A program made the position numbers and the translations under genes. A stretch of DNA of 43,564 nucleotides from assembly GCA_902803485.1 (NCBI GenBank), contig CADCQD010000083.1:1-43564 (forward strand), in the 5' to 3' direction. The notes under the pieces are model-generated. The model was given only the letters and a program-made list of their open reading frames with translations. It did not search any database and was not told where the DNA came from. Positions 1 through 8,897 of this stretch are shown piece by piece (the first letter of the stretch is position 1; every line of letters begins with the position of its first letter). The stretch is from an uncultured Eubacteriales bacterium (GTDB lineage Bacteria > Bacillota > Clostridia > Lachnospirales > Lachnospiraceae).

Positions 1-512
1 ACGCCGGTGGAAATGTCCTTCAGCTGATCGAAAATGATGGGATTCAGCATATGGATCCCTTCCACGATGATCAGGCCGTCCGGCGCGCCCTGTATCCGGA
101 GCGGTTCTTTCCGGTCGGAAGTTTTGAAATCATACTGAGGAACCTCGGCTTCCCTGCCGTCCTTCAGCGCGCGTACGGCTTCATTCAGCCAGTTCCAGTC
201 CACGCAGTAAGGCGATTCCCAGTCCTCCGCTTCCGGCGGCCGCTGGTTTACAGGCAGGAAGAAGTTGTCCATACTGAGCATGGTGACCGGTACGTCCAGA
301 TTGTTAAGATAATCCTTAAGGCGCATGGCTGTAGTCGTCTTTCCGCTGCCGCTGGGCCCGGTGATGAGGACTACCGGGTGATCCGCCCGGCGCTCCAGGA
401 TCTTTACGGCAGCCCGGCTGATCTTGTCATGAAAGTTTTCTTCGCAGCGGAATATAAAGGACAGATCGTCCTTCATGCTTTCGTTGATATATTCCACATC
501 GATGACACGCAT
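1..512 (-). CDS. P-loop nucleoside/uridine kinase family protein (C-terminal end runs off the window)
   Basis: Absent from the ORF track because it is open to the window edge. Reverse-strand ATG at 512-510 is preceded by AAAGGAGGAGG (rc of 521-531). The translation reads MRVIDVEYINES...VVLITGPSGSGKTTTAMRLKDYL (Walker A)...ESPYCVDWNWL...PQYDFKTSDR...LIIVEGIHMLNPIIFDQL, a uridine-kinase-like layout. The opposite-strand track ORF 51..563 is Arg/Pro-rich with no RBS. Confidence 0.7.
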   Translation of the reverse strand, partial: MRVIDVEYINESMKDDLSFIFRCEENFHDKISRAAVKILERRADHPVVLITGPSGSGKTTTAMRLKDYLNNLDVPVTMLSMDNFFLPVNQRPPEAEDWESPYCVDWNWLNEAVRALKDGREAEVPQYDFKTSDRKEPLRIQGAPDGLIIVEGIHMLNPIIFDQLKDISTG

Positions 513-545
513 GTGTTTACCTCCTCCTTTGATCGTGCTGAAATA

Positions 546-1397
546 CTATATAGATTCTGTTAAACCCGGGGCAGCGGCTTTTTCCGCGCGCTGCCGGGTC
601 ACTTCATACATCAGGATGGACGCCGCGCAGCTGACGTTGAATGAAGAAGCATAAGAAGTCTCTGCCATGGGAATGGTTAAGAGGACGTCGCAGGACTCTT
701 TAAAGGCTTTATTCAGTCCCATGGTCTCATTGCCGATCATCAGCATCAGGGGACCGGACAGGTCTGTTTGATACAGAGGATGCTCCTTGTGCGCTGTCGT
801 ACCGGCAAGAAGAAAGCCGGGATGCTCCGCGCGGAGCTTTTCGATATACGCGGTAAGGTCCCGGTTATCCGCGACTCGGACTACGGGCATATTGAAGAAT
901 GAACCCATGGCGGAAACTACCACGTCCGGATCATACAGATCCACACCGTGCCCGGTCAGGATCAGAAGATCTGCCCCGAGGGCGTCGCAGGAACGGATCA
1001 TGGTCCCCAGGTTTCCTTTATTTGAAGGCCGGTCGAAAAGGACGATGAAGGGATTTTCTGAAAGCGGCACGCTGTCCAGCCGGTCTTCACGCATGCCGAT
1101 CACAGCCATCAGCTCCGACGTATCTTCTTTTCCGCTGAGTTCTCTGAGAAGTTCCGGAGACAGGCAGTAGTTCTGCGGGGTCCGGACATTCGCGATCAGG
1201 TCCCGGGCCCAGTCGGAGAGATGGTATTTATCGTAAAGGAAGGCGCGGATGTCCCAGTGGTTCTGAACAGCCTCATTCAGGCTGCGGACGCCTTCCACTA
1301 AAAATTCGCCGTATTTATAGCGTTTATTTCTGTTGGTTTTCAGCACTTCAAATTTCTGATAAGTGCTGTTTTTGCTGAATACCCTGATCTCGTTCAT
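546..1397 (-). CDS. TrmH/SpoU family RNA 2'-O-methyltransferase
   Basis: Track ORF 546..1508. SpoU motifs are FDRPSNKGNLGTMIRSCDALGA, LMIGNETMGL and IPMAETSYASSFNVSCAASILMYE. I start it at the internal ATG 1397 (MNEIRVFSKN...), which has GGAGG 5 nt upstream (rc of 1403-1407). The ATG at 1508 has no RBS, so the 5' end is uncertain. Confidence 0.8.
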   Translation of the reverse strand: MNEIRVFSKNSTYQKFEVLKTNRNKRYKYGEFLVEGVRSLNEAVQNHWDIRAFLYDKYHLSDWARDLIANVRTPQNYCLSPELLRELSGKEDTSELMAVIGMREDRLDSVPLSENPFIVLFDRPSNKGNLGTMIRSCDALGADLLILTGHGVDLYDPDVVVSAMGSFFNMPVVRVADNRDLTAYIEKLRAEHPGFLLAGTTAHKEHPLYQTDLSGPLMLMIGNETMGLNKAFKESCDVLLTIPMAETSYASSFNVSCAASILMYEVTRQRAEKAAAPGLTESI

Positions 1398-1547
1398 CCA
1401 TACCTCCGTATCCGGAATACCCTGTGTGATCTGAGATCCATTATAGCAAAAGCGCAGGCCTTCTTCAACCTGCAGCTGATCTCTGTATTTCGTGAATTCC
1501 TGTTGCATTCGATTTCCGAACCGCTATAATGAAAGGAGCAAGTGAAA

Positions 1548-2510
1548 ATGAAGGGGCGCGCTATGTTTGAGACTTTTACAGCAGCATTTTCCACGATGAT
1601 GGTCGTGATGGTCTGCATCGCGGCAGGCTATGCAGCGGGTAAGACAGGGATCATGCCGCAGAATTCCGACGGCGTTCTTTCCAAATGCGAGACGTATCTG
1701 TTCTGCCCGGCGATGGTCCTGAATTCCCTGATGGTGAACTGTACGGCAGCGGCACTGAAGGAAAAGGCTGCGCTGATCGGTTTCTGTACGCTGATCATGT
1801 TTCTTGGCTTTGCCATCGGCACGCCCCTGGTCTGTCTGCTGGAAAAGAAGGGCTATCAGCGGAACATCCTGAAATATGCCATCGTTTTCCCGAACTTCGG
1901 TTTCCTCGGCATGGCGATCGTTCCGCTGATCCTCGGGGAGGAAGCGCTGTTTGGCTATGTAATGTATATGCTGCCGATGAATATCGGCGTCTATACGTAC
2001 GGAACGTCTCTTTTGATCAGGGAAGGCACAGAGAAGAAGCCTCTGTGGAAGCAGCTGGTAAACCCCATGTTTATTTCCACCTTCCTTGGGATCCTTCTGG
2101 GAGTGACAGGACTCGGCGGCAGGCTGCCTGCCTTTGTCCGTACCGGGATCCAGTACCTCAGCAACTGCTTTTCTCCGGTGGCCATGGTGCTGACCGGCAT
2201 CGTGGTCAGCCGTTTCGGACTGAAAAAACTGTTTACGGTGAAAAAGTCCTACATTATGACGTTTTTACGGCTTTTGGCGCTTCCGGTGCTTTTCCTGACG
2301 CTCCTTCATTTCCTGAAAGCCGGCAGAGACGTGATCATGTTTACGCTGGTCGCCTATGCGGCACCCATCGGCCTGAATACCATCGTTTTCCCGGCATCCT
2401 GCGGCGAGGATACCTCAAGCGGCGCTTCCATGGCCATGGTTTCCCACATCCTTTGCGTGATAACGATCCCGCTGCTGTATGCCGCCATGGTGGGACTTGG
2501 CTGGGTATAA
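1548..2510 (+). CDS. AEC (auxin efflux carrier) family permease
   Basis: About 10 hydrophobic segments. The N-terminus FETFTAAFSTMMVVMVCIAAGYAAGKTGIMP and overall layout are typical of AEC/malate-permease-like proteins. RBS GAAAGGAG lies at 1531-1538, 9 nt before ATG 1548; the track GTG at 1542 is too close to the RBS. Confidence 0.8.
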   Translation: MKGRAMFETFTAAFSTMMVVMVCIAAGYAAGKTGIMPQNSDGVLSKCETYLFCPAMVLNSLMVNCTAAALKEKAALIGFCTLIMFLGFAIGTPLVCLLEKKGYQRNILKYAIVFPNFGFLGMAIVPLILGEEALFGYVMYMLPMNIGVYTYGTSLLIREGTEKKPLWKQLVNPMFISTFLGILLGVTGLGGRLPAFVRTGIQYLSNCFSPVAMVLTGIVVSRFGLKKLFTVKKSYIMTFLRLLALPVLFLTLLHFLKAGRDVIMFTLVAYAAPIGLNTIVFPASCGEDTSSGASMAMVSHILCVITIPLLYAAMVGLGWV

Positions 2511-2511
2511 G

Positions 2512-2815
2512 AACGGATACCGTGTTCCGCCTGTATTCCTGCAGCAAGATCTTCACCGCGTCCGCGCTGATGTTCCTTCTGGAGCGGGGCCTGATCGGAC
2601 TGGATGATCCGGTTTCGGAATTCCTGCCGGAATATAAGCACGCGGTCTACTGCCGCTATACCGGGAATAATATGGAAAGTTATCAGCCGGTATCCTCACT
2701 TACCCTCCGCCACCTGGTGACCGCGATTTCGTATATGCATCAGCTGATGCCGGACAACATGGAGGGATATTGCCATCCGCGGATCAAAAACGCTGTGAAC
2801 GGGCAGCTGTTATAA
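2512..2815 (+). pseudogene. Remnant of a beta-lactamase-fold serine hydrolase (both ends missing)
   Basis: The tail of the artefactual track ORF 1685..2815 reads DTVFRLYSCSKIFTASALMFLLERGLIGLDDPVSEFLPEY...LTLRHLV. This is the S-x-x-K active-site block and the following helix of class C beta-lactamase/esterase-type hydrolases. There is no start codon or N-terminal about 40 aa, since it abuts the AEC stop at 2510. It terminates about 100 codons in, whereas the family is about 330-400 aa. Confidence 0.55.
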
Positions 2816-2822
2816 ACAGGGA

Positions 2823-2862
2823 AAGCACAGACCGGACAAGATCTGTGCTTCCTCTGCTTTTT
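2823..2862 (+). terminator. Rho-independent terminator
   Basis: Stem AAGCACAGA (2823-2831) pairs with TCTGTGCTT (2842-2850), followed by CCTCTGCTTTTT. Confidence 0.6.
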
Positions 2863-2889
2863 CTGAAGGGATCCGTGCCTGATCCCGCG

Positions 2890-3129
2890 TTATACGGTCG
2901 GGCGGCTTTTATGCGCCGTGAAAATGATGGCTCCGAGTCCGATCAGGAAAATGATCAGAAGGATCGGAAGCAGATGGATGGTCAGTTTCAGGAGAGACAG
3001 CGCGACCACACCGAAGATCAGGTAACCCAGGATCCCGAGCGCCCCTCCCAGAAGCTTTCCGGCGATCTTGATAATAAACGCCGTAAAACGTACGCAAAGC
3101 ATGATCATGCAGACAAGAATGGCAATCAT
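2890..3129 (-). CDS. Small hydrophobic membrane protein (79 aa), unknown function
   Basis: Inside track ORF 2890..3189. ATG 3129 (MIAILVCMIMLCVRF...) is preceded by AAAGGAGAG 7 nt upstream on the reverse strand. There are two to three predicted TM helices. No family recognised. Confidence 0.5.
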   Translation of the reverse strand: MIAILVCMIMLCVRFTAFIIKIAGKLLGGALGILGYLIFGVVALSLLKLTIHLLPILLIIFLIGLGAIIFTAHKSRPTV

Positions 3130-3230
3130 TGTAAAACTCTCCTTTCGTGAACATTTCATGATGTTCTGTTCTTGACGTAAAGGATACACCGGAAACGGGA
3201 ACGGTTACAGGGTTTAGGAAGCGGAATATA

Positions 3231-3259
3231 CACATTTATTTACGCATCTGTGGTATAAT
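3231..3259 (+). promoter_or_regulatory. Candidate extended -10 promoter for the esterase/flippase-like operon
   Basis: TGgTATAAT at 3251-3259, with a poor -35. RBS AAAGGAGGAG follows, ahead of ATG 3291. Confidence 0.4.
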
Positions 3260-3290
3260 AGCCTCAGAGGAATATTAAAGGAGGAGAAGT

Positions 3291-4169
3291 ATGGGCCTTT
3301 TGCAGTTTAATTACAGGAGCAGGATCCTGGGATACTATGTGAATCTTACCGTAGCGTACCCTACTGACGACGTGGGGATCCATTTAAGCGGCGAACCGGA
3401 TACGGCGCTGATGAAGACTGCGGATATGATGTGTCCCGGAATGAAGTTTCAGACAGTATATCTGATCCACGGCGGCGGAGATGAGGATACGCTGACGTAC
3501 CGCTATACCAACGCGGAAAGATACGCGCAGAAAAACCGTGTGATGCTGGTGACGCCCGGAATTCCGAATTCCTTTGGCGCGGATTCCGGTTACGGCGTCA
3601 GCTATATGCGGTTCCTTACGGAAGAACTGCCGCAGGTGGTGCAGAGCTATTTCGCTTCTTCGCCGAAGCGGGAGGATAATTTTGTCATGGGTTACGCCAT
3701 GGGCGGCAATGTGGCGCTGGCTATGGCCATGATGCATCCGGAACTGTACGCGGCAGGCGTGGACCTTTCCGGAGGTATCGGATATACCCTTTCCACGGAG
3801 AATATGGTAAAGGAACTCTCGGGAGAGCATTTCCGGAATCATTTCTACCGTTTTAACGCGACCTTCGGCGAACCGGAAGATTTCCCCGGATCCCGGCATG
3901 ATCTGTATCCCATCGTAAAAAAGCACATAGAAGAGGGCAGAGAACTGACGGATATGACGATCATCTGCGGCGACCGCGAGTTTATCCGCGCCCGTGTGGA
4001 GGAAGACGTCCGGATACTGAAAGAACTGGGTTATCCGGTGAAGTACATCTCAGCCGAAGGCTACGACCATGATTTTGACTGCTGGGACCATTACATCCGG
4101 GCGGCTCTGGATGAGTATCTCCCGCTGAAACGCCGGATCCTGTATCCTGACGAGGGAGCGGCAGAATGA
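3291..4169 (+). CDS. Esterase-family (esterase D / tributyrin-esterase-like) alpha/beta-fold protein with alanine at the nucleophile position
   Basis: YLIHGGGDEDT, LTEELPQVV and the nucleophile-elbow region MGYAMGGNVAL match the putative-esterase family layout. The elbow reads G-Y-A-M-G (Ala codon GCC at 3696-3698) instead of G-x-S-x-G. Confidence 0.8.
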   Translation: MGLLQFNYRSRILGYYVNLTVAYPTDDVGIHLSGEPDTALMKTADMMCPGMKFQTVYLIHGGGDEDTLTYRYTNAERYAQKNRVMLVTPGIPNSFGADSGYGVSYMRFLTEELPQVVQSYFASSPKREDNFVMGYAMGGNVALAMAMMHPELYAAGVDLSGGIGYTLSTENMVKELSGEHFRNHFYRFNATFGEPEDFPGSRHDLYPIVKKHIEEGRELTDMTIICGDREFIRARVEEDVRILKELGYPVKYISAEGYDHDFDCWDHYIRAALDEYLPLKRRILYPDEGAAE

Positions 4170-5179
4170 AGAAAAAGTGGCGGATCCTGTTTTTCGCGAT
4201 CGGCATCGTCAGCATCGCGTTCCTTGTGATCCGTTCCAAGCCTTCCAAAAAAGAATGGGCTGAGATCCTGCAGCCGAAGACCCTGCTGTTTCTTCTTGGG
4301 ATGATGCTTTTATGGGCGCTGATCTATTTTGTGCATGAAGAGGCGCTCCGGCAGGTGATCGGACCGGAGAGCGCAGCCATCCGGAGGATCTCCCTGTACC
4401 GGATCATCGTTTCCGGCTTCGCGCTGAATAATCTGACGCCTGTCGGCCTGGCAGGCGGCGAACCCTACCGCATCATGGAACTGAAGCCTTATCTGGGGCT
4501 GAAAAAGGCCACGTCGTCGACGCTGAATTACAGTATCCTGTTCATTATCGGACACGTGCTGCTCTGGCTGACGGGCATTCTGATCTATGTACTGATGGGA
4601 TGTCCGGGAGAGACGTTCCTGACGGTACTTCTTATGATCGCGGCGGCCGTTCTTCTTGCAGCCGCGCTGCTGTTCTTCCTGAAAAGAAAGGGAGGACTGC
4701 TGATGCCGGCCCTGCGGTTTTTCGGGAAGATCCCGTTTCTTCGGAAACCGGTGGGAAAGATGCTTGATAAAAACGGCGCGCATATCGAAGAGATCGATCA
4801 GTATTATGGGGAGTTCAAGCGCGCGCGCCGGAGTTTTGCGTCATCCTGTGTACTGGAGTATCTGGCAAGGATCCTGGAGTGCGCGGAGTATTTTCTGATT
4901 TTTCTCTTTCTGGGGCAGAAGATCAATATCTTCGGAGGGATCCTGATCCTCAGCATGGCGTCGCTTGTTGGGAATCTTTTCTTTATGATCCCTATGCAGG
5001 CAGGGACCCGGGAAGGCGGTATGGTGCTGGCCCTCGGATGGCTGGGGATCGACCCCTCCGCGGGTGTGATGGGCGGACTCCTTTACCGTGTGCGTGATAT
5101 TCTCGGAAGCCTGATCGGGGTCCTGTGCATCCTGATAGAAAAGAAGCACGAAGAGAAACTCGAAAAAAGAGGAATATAA
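4166..5179 (+). CDS. Flippase-like / lysylphosphatidylglycerol-synthase transmembrane-region (UPF0104) family membrane protein
   Basis: MKKKWRILFFAIGIVSIAFLVIRSKP... with about 8 TM helices, and NNLTPVGLAGGEPYR and PMQAGTREGG blocks typical of the family. ATGA start/stop overlap with the upstream esterase-fold gene (4166-4169). Confidence 0.7.
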   Translation: MKKKWRILFFAIGIVSIAFLVIRSKPSKKEWAEILQPKTLLFLLGMMLLWALIYFVHEEALRQVIGPESAAIRRISLYRIIVSGFALNNLTPVGLAGGEPYRIMELKPYLGLKKATSSTLNYSILFIIGHVLLWLTGILIYVLMGCPGETFLTVLLMIAAAVLLAAALLFFLKRKGGLLMPALRFFGKIPFLRKPVGKMLDKNGAHIEEIDQYYGEFKRARRSFASSCVLEYLARILECAEYFLIFLFLGQKINIFGGILILSMASLVGNLFFMIPMQAGTREGGMVLALGWLGIDPSAGVMGGLLYRVRDILGSLIGVLCILIEKKHEEKLEKRGI

Positions 5180-5182
5180 CTG

Positions 5183-5233
5183 AAAAGGACTGATACTTCA
5201 GCATCCGGGAGGATGCGGAGTATCAGTCCTTTT
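5183..5233. terminator. Bidirectional hairpin terminator
   Basis: AAAAGGACTGATACT (5183-5197) pairs with AGTATCAGTCCTTTT (5219-5233). There is an inner stem GCATCC/GGATGC and A/T runs on both sides. It sits between convergent genes. Confidence 0.75.
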
Positions 5234-5259
5234 CATACCGGCGTTCCGGCCGGAAAAAG

Positions 5260-6120
5260 TCAGTTGCCTTTTTCGCTGTTGTTTTCCGCAAACAGGAAAC
5301 GGATCAGCTCGGGCAGGTATTTCGCCCAGGCAGCTTCATTATGCGTCTGGCGCGTATCCAGAAGGAACATGCTGTGCAGCCGGTCCATGCCTTTTTCCCG
5401 GAATTTCCGGTAAACGGCAAGAACGTAATCCACGCTGGTAACGTCGATGCCCTGGTCTCCGTTAAAGAAAGCGATCCGGTGATCCTTAAGAAGGCTGAAA
5501 TCGTAAGCGTCCAGGTACGCCAGAAGCTTCGGAAGATCAAACATGGGGAAGCCGGGAGAGCAGACGATGGCGCGCCCGAAGACCTCCGGATTCCGGAGCA
5601 TCATGTAATAGGACGCGGAACCGCCGGCGGAGATACCGCCCACGCAGGTGTGCGCAGGATCCGGCAGCGTCAGGAAGTTTTCATCGATCAGCGGCTTCAG
5701 CGTAGAGACTACGAATTCAGCATACGTGCCGGTGCTGCTGGTTCCATCGATGACAGGCACCGGATGTCCGTTCACCGTGATCCCGCGGCCGCCCCGCTCA
5801 AAGGGCGGCGTGAGTTCCAGGCCGCGGTCTTCCGAGGTATCGATGCCTACAACGATGGCGGAGATCCCTTCCGGTCTGAGGCTTGAGACCGCCCGGTCCG
5901 CCTGCAGCTTGTTCCTGCCGTCATTGCACTCAAATACTCCCTGTCCGTCATGAAGATAGATGACCGGGAAACGCTTCTGCCCGTCGTAATCCGACGGCAG
6001 CCATACCAGGATCCGGCGGCGCCGGTGATCCGGATAGGGTACCATTTCCAGTTCAAAAGTCCGGATCGATCCTTCCGGGATCAATTCGGGATATTCATAA
6101 GGACGAAAATCAGGTTTCAT
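5260..6120 (-). CDS. Alpha/beta hydrolase, putative esterase family
   Basis: ILVWLPSDYDGQKRFPVIYLHDGQ and an intact elbow VGGISAGGSASYY. ATG 6120 (MKPDFRPYEY) overlaps the upstream gene stop (TGATG). The track GTG at 6132 is less likely. Confidence 0.8.
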   Translation of the reverse strand: MKPDFRPYEYPELIPEGSIRTFELEMVPYPDHRRRRILVWLPSDYDGQKRFPVIYLHDGQGVFECNDGRNKLQADRAVSSLRPEGISAIVVGIDTSEDRGLELTPPFERGGRGITVNGHPVPVIDGTSSTGTYAEFVVSTLKPLIDENFLTLPDPAHTCVGGISAGGSASYYMMLRNPEVFGRAIVCSPGFPMFDLPKLLAYLDAYDFSLLKDHRIAFFNGDQGIDVTSVDYVLAVYRKFREKGMDRLHSMFLLDTRQTHNEAAWAKYLPELIRFLFAENNSEKGN

Positions 6121-7655
6121 CAGTACTGCCACTCCCTTCCTGCGTTATCGTCTTCCTTCGGAATACGCGCGGTGAAGGTGAAGGGCGGTGTGTATTTCTG
6201 CATGATCTCATTCAGTTCTTTATCGAAGTCCACCCGGCACTCAGATTCGCGGCCGAAGACCATGGTGGCGGGGCAGTCCTTGGTATAAGGCTTCCACTCC
6301 GGCATATTCGCGTGGTTCGGGTCGCCGGTACGGGCAAAGGCTACCAGCGCGCCTGCGATCTCTTCCTCCAGCTTGTCCGAGACGCCCTCGATATTGGTAT
6401 ACGGGCAGCGCCAGGTGTTGTGGAAGACGTAGGGGATATCGGAGCAGTGCCATGCGGGCCTGCCGTTGTCCAGATCGAATTCCAGCGCGAAGACACTGGT
6501 ATAGCCGGGGGTCTCCGGATCCGCCGCGTCGCGTGCTTCCATAAATCTGGTGATGGAGGTCCGGTCGGAGATCCAGGAAACCATCCAGTCGGGCTTTCCG
6601 GGGTAAGCTTTACGGAAAGCTTCCAGCGCTTCTTCGCCGTGTCCCTGGAAGACTTCATCCGGAGCCTTGACGGAATCCATGGGAGCGAATGCGGTGAATT
6701 CACATTCCACAGTGGTAACCATGGTCGGCACTTTCTTCGCGTAGTCCGTGAAACCTACGTTTACAGGATGCCCCAGATACCAGTCGTTCGGGATCGGATG
6801 CCACATCAGCGCCTTCTGAAGGACGTTGCAGACGTGGACGTAGGCCTTGGTCAGAAGATCATACGGAATGGTCTCCAGTTCCTCAATGGAGGAAAGACCC
6901 AGCGATTTCAGCATGGCTTCCGCAAATTCCCGGTGGTTTTCCGGCTCTCTTGCGCGCATGGATCCCGCGCCGCCGGACATCAGGATGCCCTTATGGAACA
7001 GGCCTTCTGCCGCGGGTGTCTGAAGCATGTCACAGACTTTTCCGCCGCCGCCGGACTGGCCGAAGATGGTGACGTTTTCGGGATCTCCGCCGAAAGCCGC
7101 GATATTATTGTGGATCCATTTCAGGGACGCGACGATGTCCGCGTTGCCTGCGTTTCCGGAATTCCAGTATTTTTCTCCGAAGGAAGAAAGGTCAAAATAA
7201 CCGAGGATGTTCAGACGATGGTTGACCGTCACCACTACCACGTCGCCGTATTCACAGAGCGAGTCTCCTTCGTACGCGACCTGCTCCAGTGAAGAACCGT
7301 CCGCGTATCCGCCGCCGTGATACCATACGACCACCGGCTTCTTCGCGTTCTGATCCAGAGATCTGGTCCAGATATTCAGGAACTGGCAGTTCTCGTTTTC
7401 AGGCCAGAAACGGTGCGGGATCATGATCTCCACGGAAGGAATGGGGTTTCCCATGGTGGGGCAGATGGGGCCGTAGTTCGTGGCGTTCTTCACGCCTTCC
7501 CAGGGTTCCAGGTCCTCCGGCATCTGGAAGCGTTTCGCTTTCGCGTACTGAATGCCATAGAAATTGAAAATGCCATCCAGTTCAAAGCCCCGGAGCCTGC
7601 CCCATTGTGTTTCCACTACGGGATAATCCGGTGTGGATCTGAATTTTCTTGCCAT
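6120..7655 (-). CDS. Type B carboxylesterase (para-nitrobenzyl-esterase-like)
   Basis: VVVWYHGGGYADGS (oxyanion hole) and IFGQSGGGGKV (GxSxG), about 510 aa. RBS AAAGGAG lies upstream of ATG 7655. Confidence 0.9.
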   Translation of the reverse strand: MARKFRSTPDYPVVETQWGRLRGFELDGIFNFYGIQYAKAKRFQMPEDLEPWEGVKNATNYGPICPTMGNPIPSVEIMIPHRFWPENENCQFLNIWTRSLDQNAKKPVVVWYHGGGYADGSSLEQVAYEGDSLCEYGDVVVVTVNHRLNILGYFDLSSFGEKYWNSGNAGNADIVASLKWIHNNIAAFGGDPENVTIFGQSGGGGKVCDMLQTPAAEGLFHKGILMSGGAGSMRAREPENHREFAEAMLKSLGLSSIEELETIPYDLLTKAYVHVCNVLQKALMWHPIPNDWYLGHPVNVGFTDYAKKVPTMVTTVECEFTAFAPMDSVKAPDEVFQGHGEEALEAFRKAYPGKPDWMVSWISDRTSITRFMEARDAADPETPGYTSVFALEFDLDNGRPAWHCSDIPYVFHNTWRCPYTNIEGVSDKLEEEIAGALVAFARTGDPNHANMPEWKPYTKDCPATMVFGRESECRVDFDKELNEIMQKYTPPFTFTARIPKEDDNAGREWQY

Positions 7656-7679
7656 ACATGTACTCCTTTCGTTATATGA

Positions 7680-8897
7680 TTAGTGTTGATGGTAACCGTC
7701 CAGGAATTCTCCGAGGGCGGTAAATGCCTCTTTGAGTACTTCAGTGCGCGGCAGGTAAACGATCCGGAAATGATCCGGGGTCTCGTAATGGAAACCTTTT
7801 CCGGGCACCAGAAGGACCTTCTTTTCATGCAGAAGATCGATGCAGAATTTTTCATCATCCGTAATATTGAATTTTTTGACATCCAGTTTCGGGAAGGTGT
7901 AGAATGCGGCGCTGGGCCGCACTTCGGAAAGGCCGTCGATCGCGTTGATCATCCGGTCCGTGACCTCGCGCTGTTCGTAGAGCCGGCCGCCGGGGACCAG
8001 CAGCTCTTCGGAACTCTGGGTCCCGCCCAGGGCGGTCTGCACGATCATCTGAGCCGGTACATTGGAGCACAGGCGCATGGAGGACAGCATGTTCAGCCCC
8101 TCGATGTATCCCTGGACATGATCCACAGGACCGGACAGCACCATCCATCCCACACGGAAACCTGCGATCCTGTGCGATTTGGAAAGACCGTTCAGCGTTA
8201 CGCAGAACTGGTCAGGATCAATGGAGGCGATGGACACATGCTTTTTTCCATCCATGACCAGACGGTCATAGATCTCATCCGCGAAGATGATCAGTTCATG
8301 TTCTTTCGCGATCCGTACGATCTCCGCGAGGACGTCTCTGGGATACAGTACGCCGGTGGGGTTGTTCGGATTGATCACGACGATCGCCTTGGTCTTATCC
8401 GTGATCTTTTTCCGGATGTCTTCCGTATCCGGGAACCATCCTGCCTGTTCATCGCATACATAGTGAACGGCATGGCCGCCGGCCAGGGTGACGCAGGCGG
8501 TCCACAGCGGATAATCCGGAGAAGGGACCAGGACCTCATCTCCGTTATCCAGCAGTCCCTGCATGCACATGGAGATCATTTCGGAGACCCCGTTTCCTGT
8601 ATAGATCCGGTTGATGTCCAGATTCGGAAGCCCTTTGATCTGGTGGTACTGCATGATGGCTTTCCGCGCGGAAAACAGGCCTTTGGAATCCGAATAGCCC
8701 TCCGCGTCCGGAAGGTTCATGATCATATCTTCGATGATCTCCGTGGGTGCCATCAGTCCGAAAGGCGCGGGATTTCCGATATTCAGCTTCAGGATCCGCT
8801 CGCCGCGGGCCTCCATCTTATTCGCTTCATCCAGTACCGGGCCGCGGACGTCGTAACTGACGTAATCCAGCTTGTGTGATTTATTGATCGTTTTCAT
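7680..8897 (-). CDS. Class I PLP aminotransferase, AlaA/alanine-aminotransferase-like
   Basis: LNIGNPAPFG, NPNNPTG, and SKSHRIAGFRVGW (PLP lysine block), 405 aa. It lies 24 nt upstream of the carboxylesterase on the same strand. Confidence 0.9.
   Translation of the reverse strand: MKTINKSHKLDYVSYDVRGPVLDEANKMEARGERILKLNIGNPAPFGLMAPTEIIEDMIMNLPDAEGYSDSKGLFSARKAIMQYHQIKGLPNLDINRIYTGNGVSEMISMCMQGLLDNGDEVLVPSPDYPLWTACVTLAGGHAVHYVCDEQAGWFPDTEDIRKKITDKTKAIVVINPNNPTGVLYPRDVLAEIVRIAKEHELIIFADEIYDRLVMDGKKHVSIASIDPDQFCVTLNGLSKSHRIAGFRVGWMVLSGPVDHVQGYIEGLNMLSSMRLCSNVPAQMIVQTALGGTQSSEELLVPGGRLYEQREVTDRMINAIDGLSEVRPSAAFYTFPKLDVKKFNITDDEKFCIDLLHEKKVLLVPGKGFHYETPDHFRIVYLPRTEVLKEAFTALGEFLDGYHQH

Noticed and set aside
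51-563. Plus-strand 170-aa ORF at the left edge.
   Set aside because: The minus strand encodes a Walker-A uridine-kinase-like protein with a strong RBS. The plus-strand translation has no motifs.
1685-2815. 376-aa ORF spanning the AEC transporter region.
   Set aside because: Its first about 275 codons are an out-of-frame read of the AEC gene (Arg/Gly/Pro-rich). Only the last about 100 codons (2512-2815) show real similarity, to a serine hydrolase, and are reported as a remnant.
7683-8879. Very long antisense ORFs mirroring real genes. Examples: 7683..8879 +, 9512..11362 -, 21215..22858 -, 27472..28638 -, 30487..31587 -, 33394..35226 -, 38163..39773 +, 41442..42494 +, 6312..7292 +.
   Set aside because: Each lies opposite a gene with unmistakable family motifs. 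Their translations are Arg/Gly/His/Pro-rich low-information sequence with no recognisable domains or RBS. Long open antisense frames are expected in GC-rich coding DNA.
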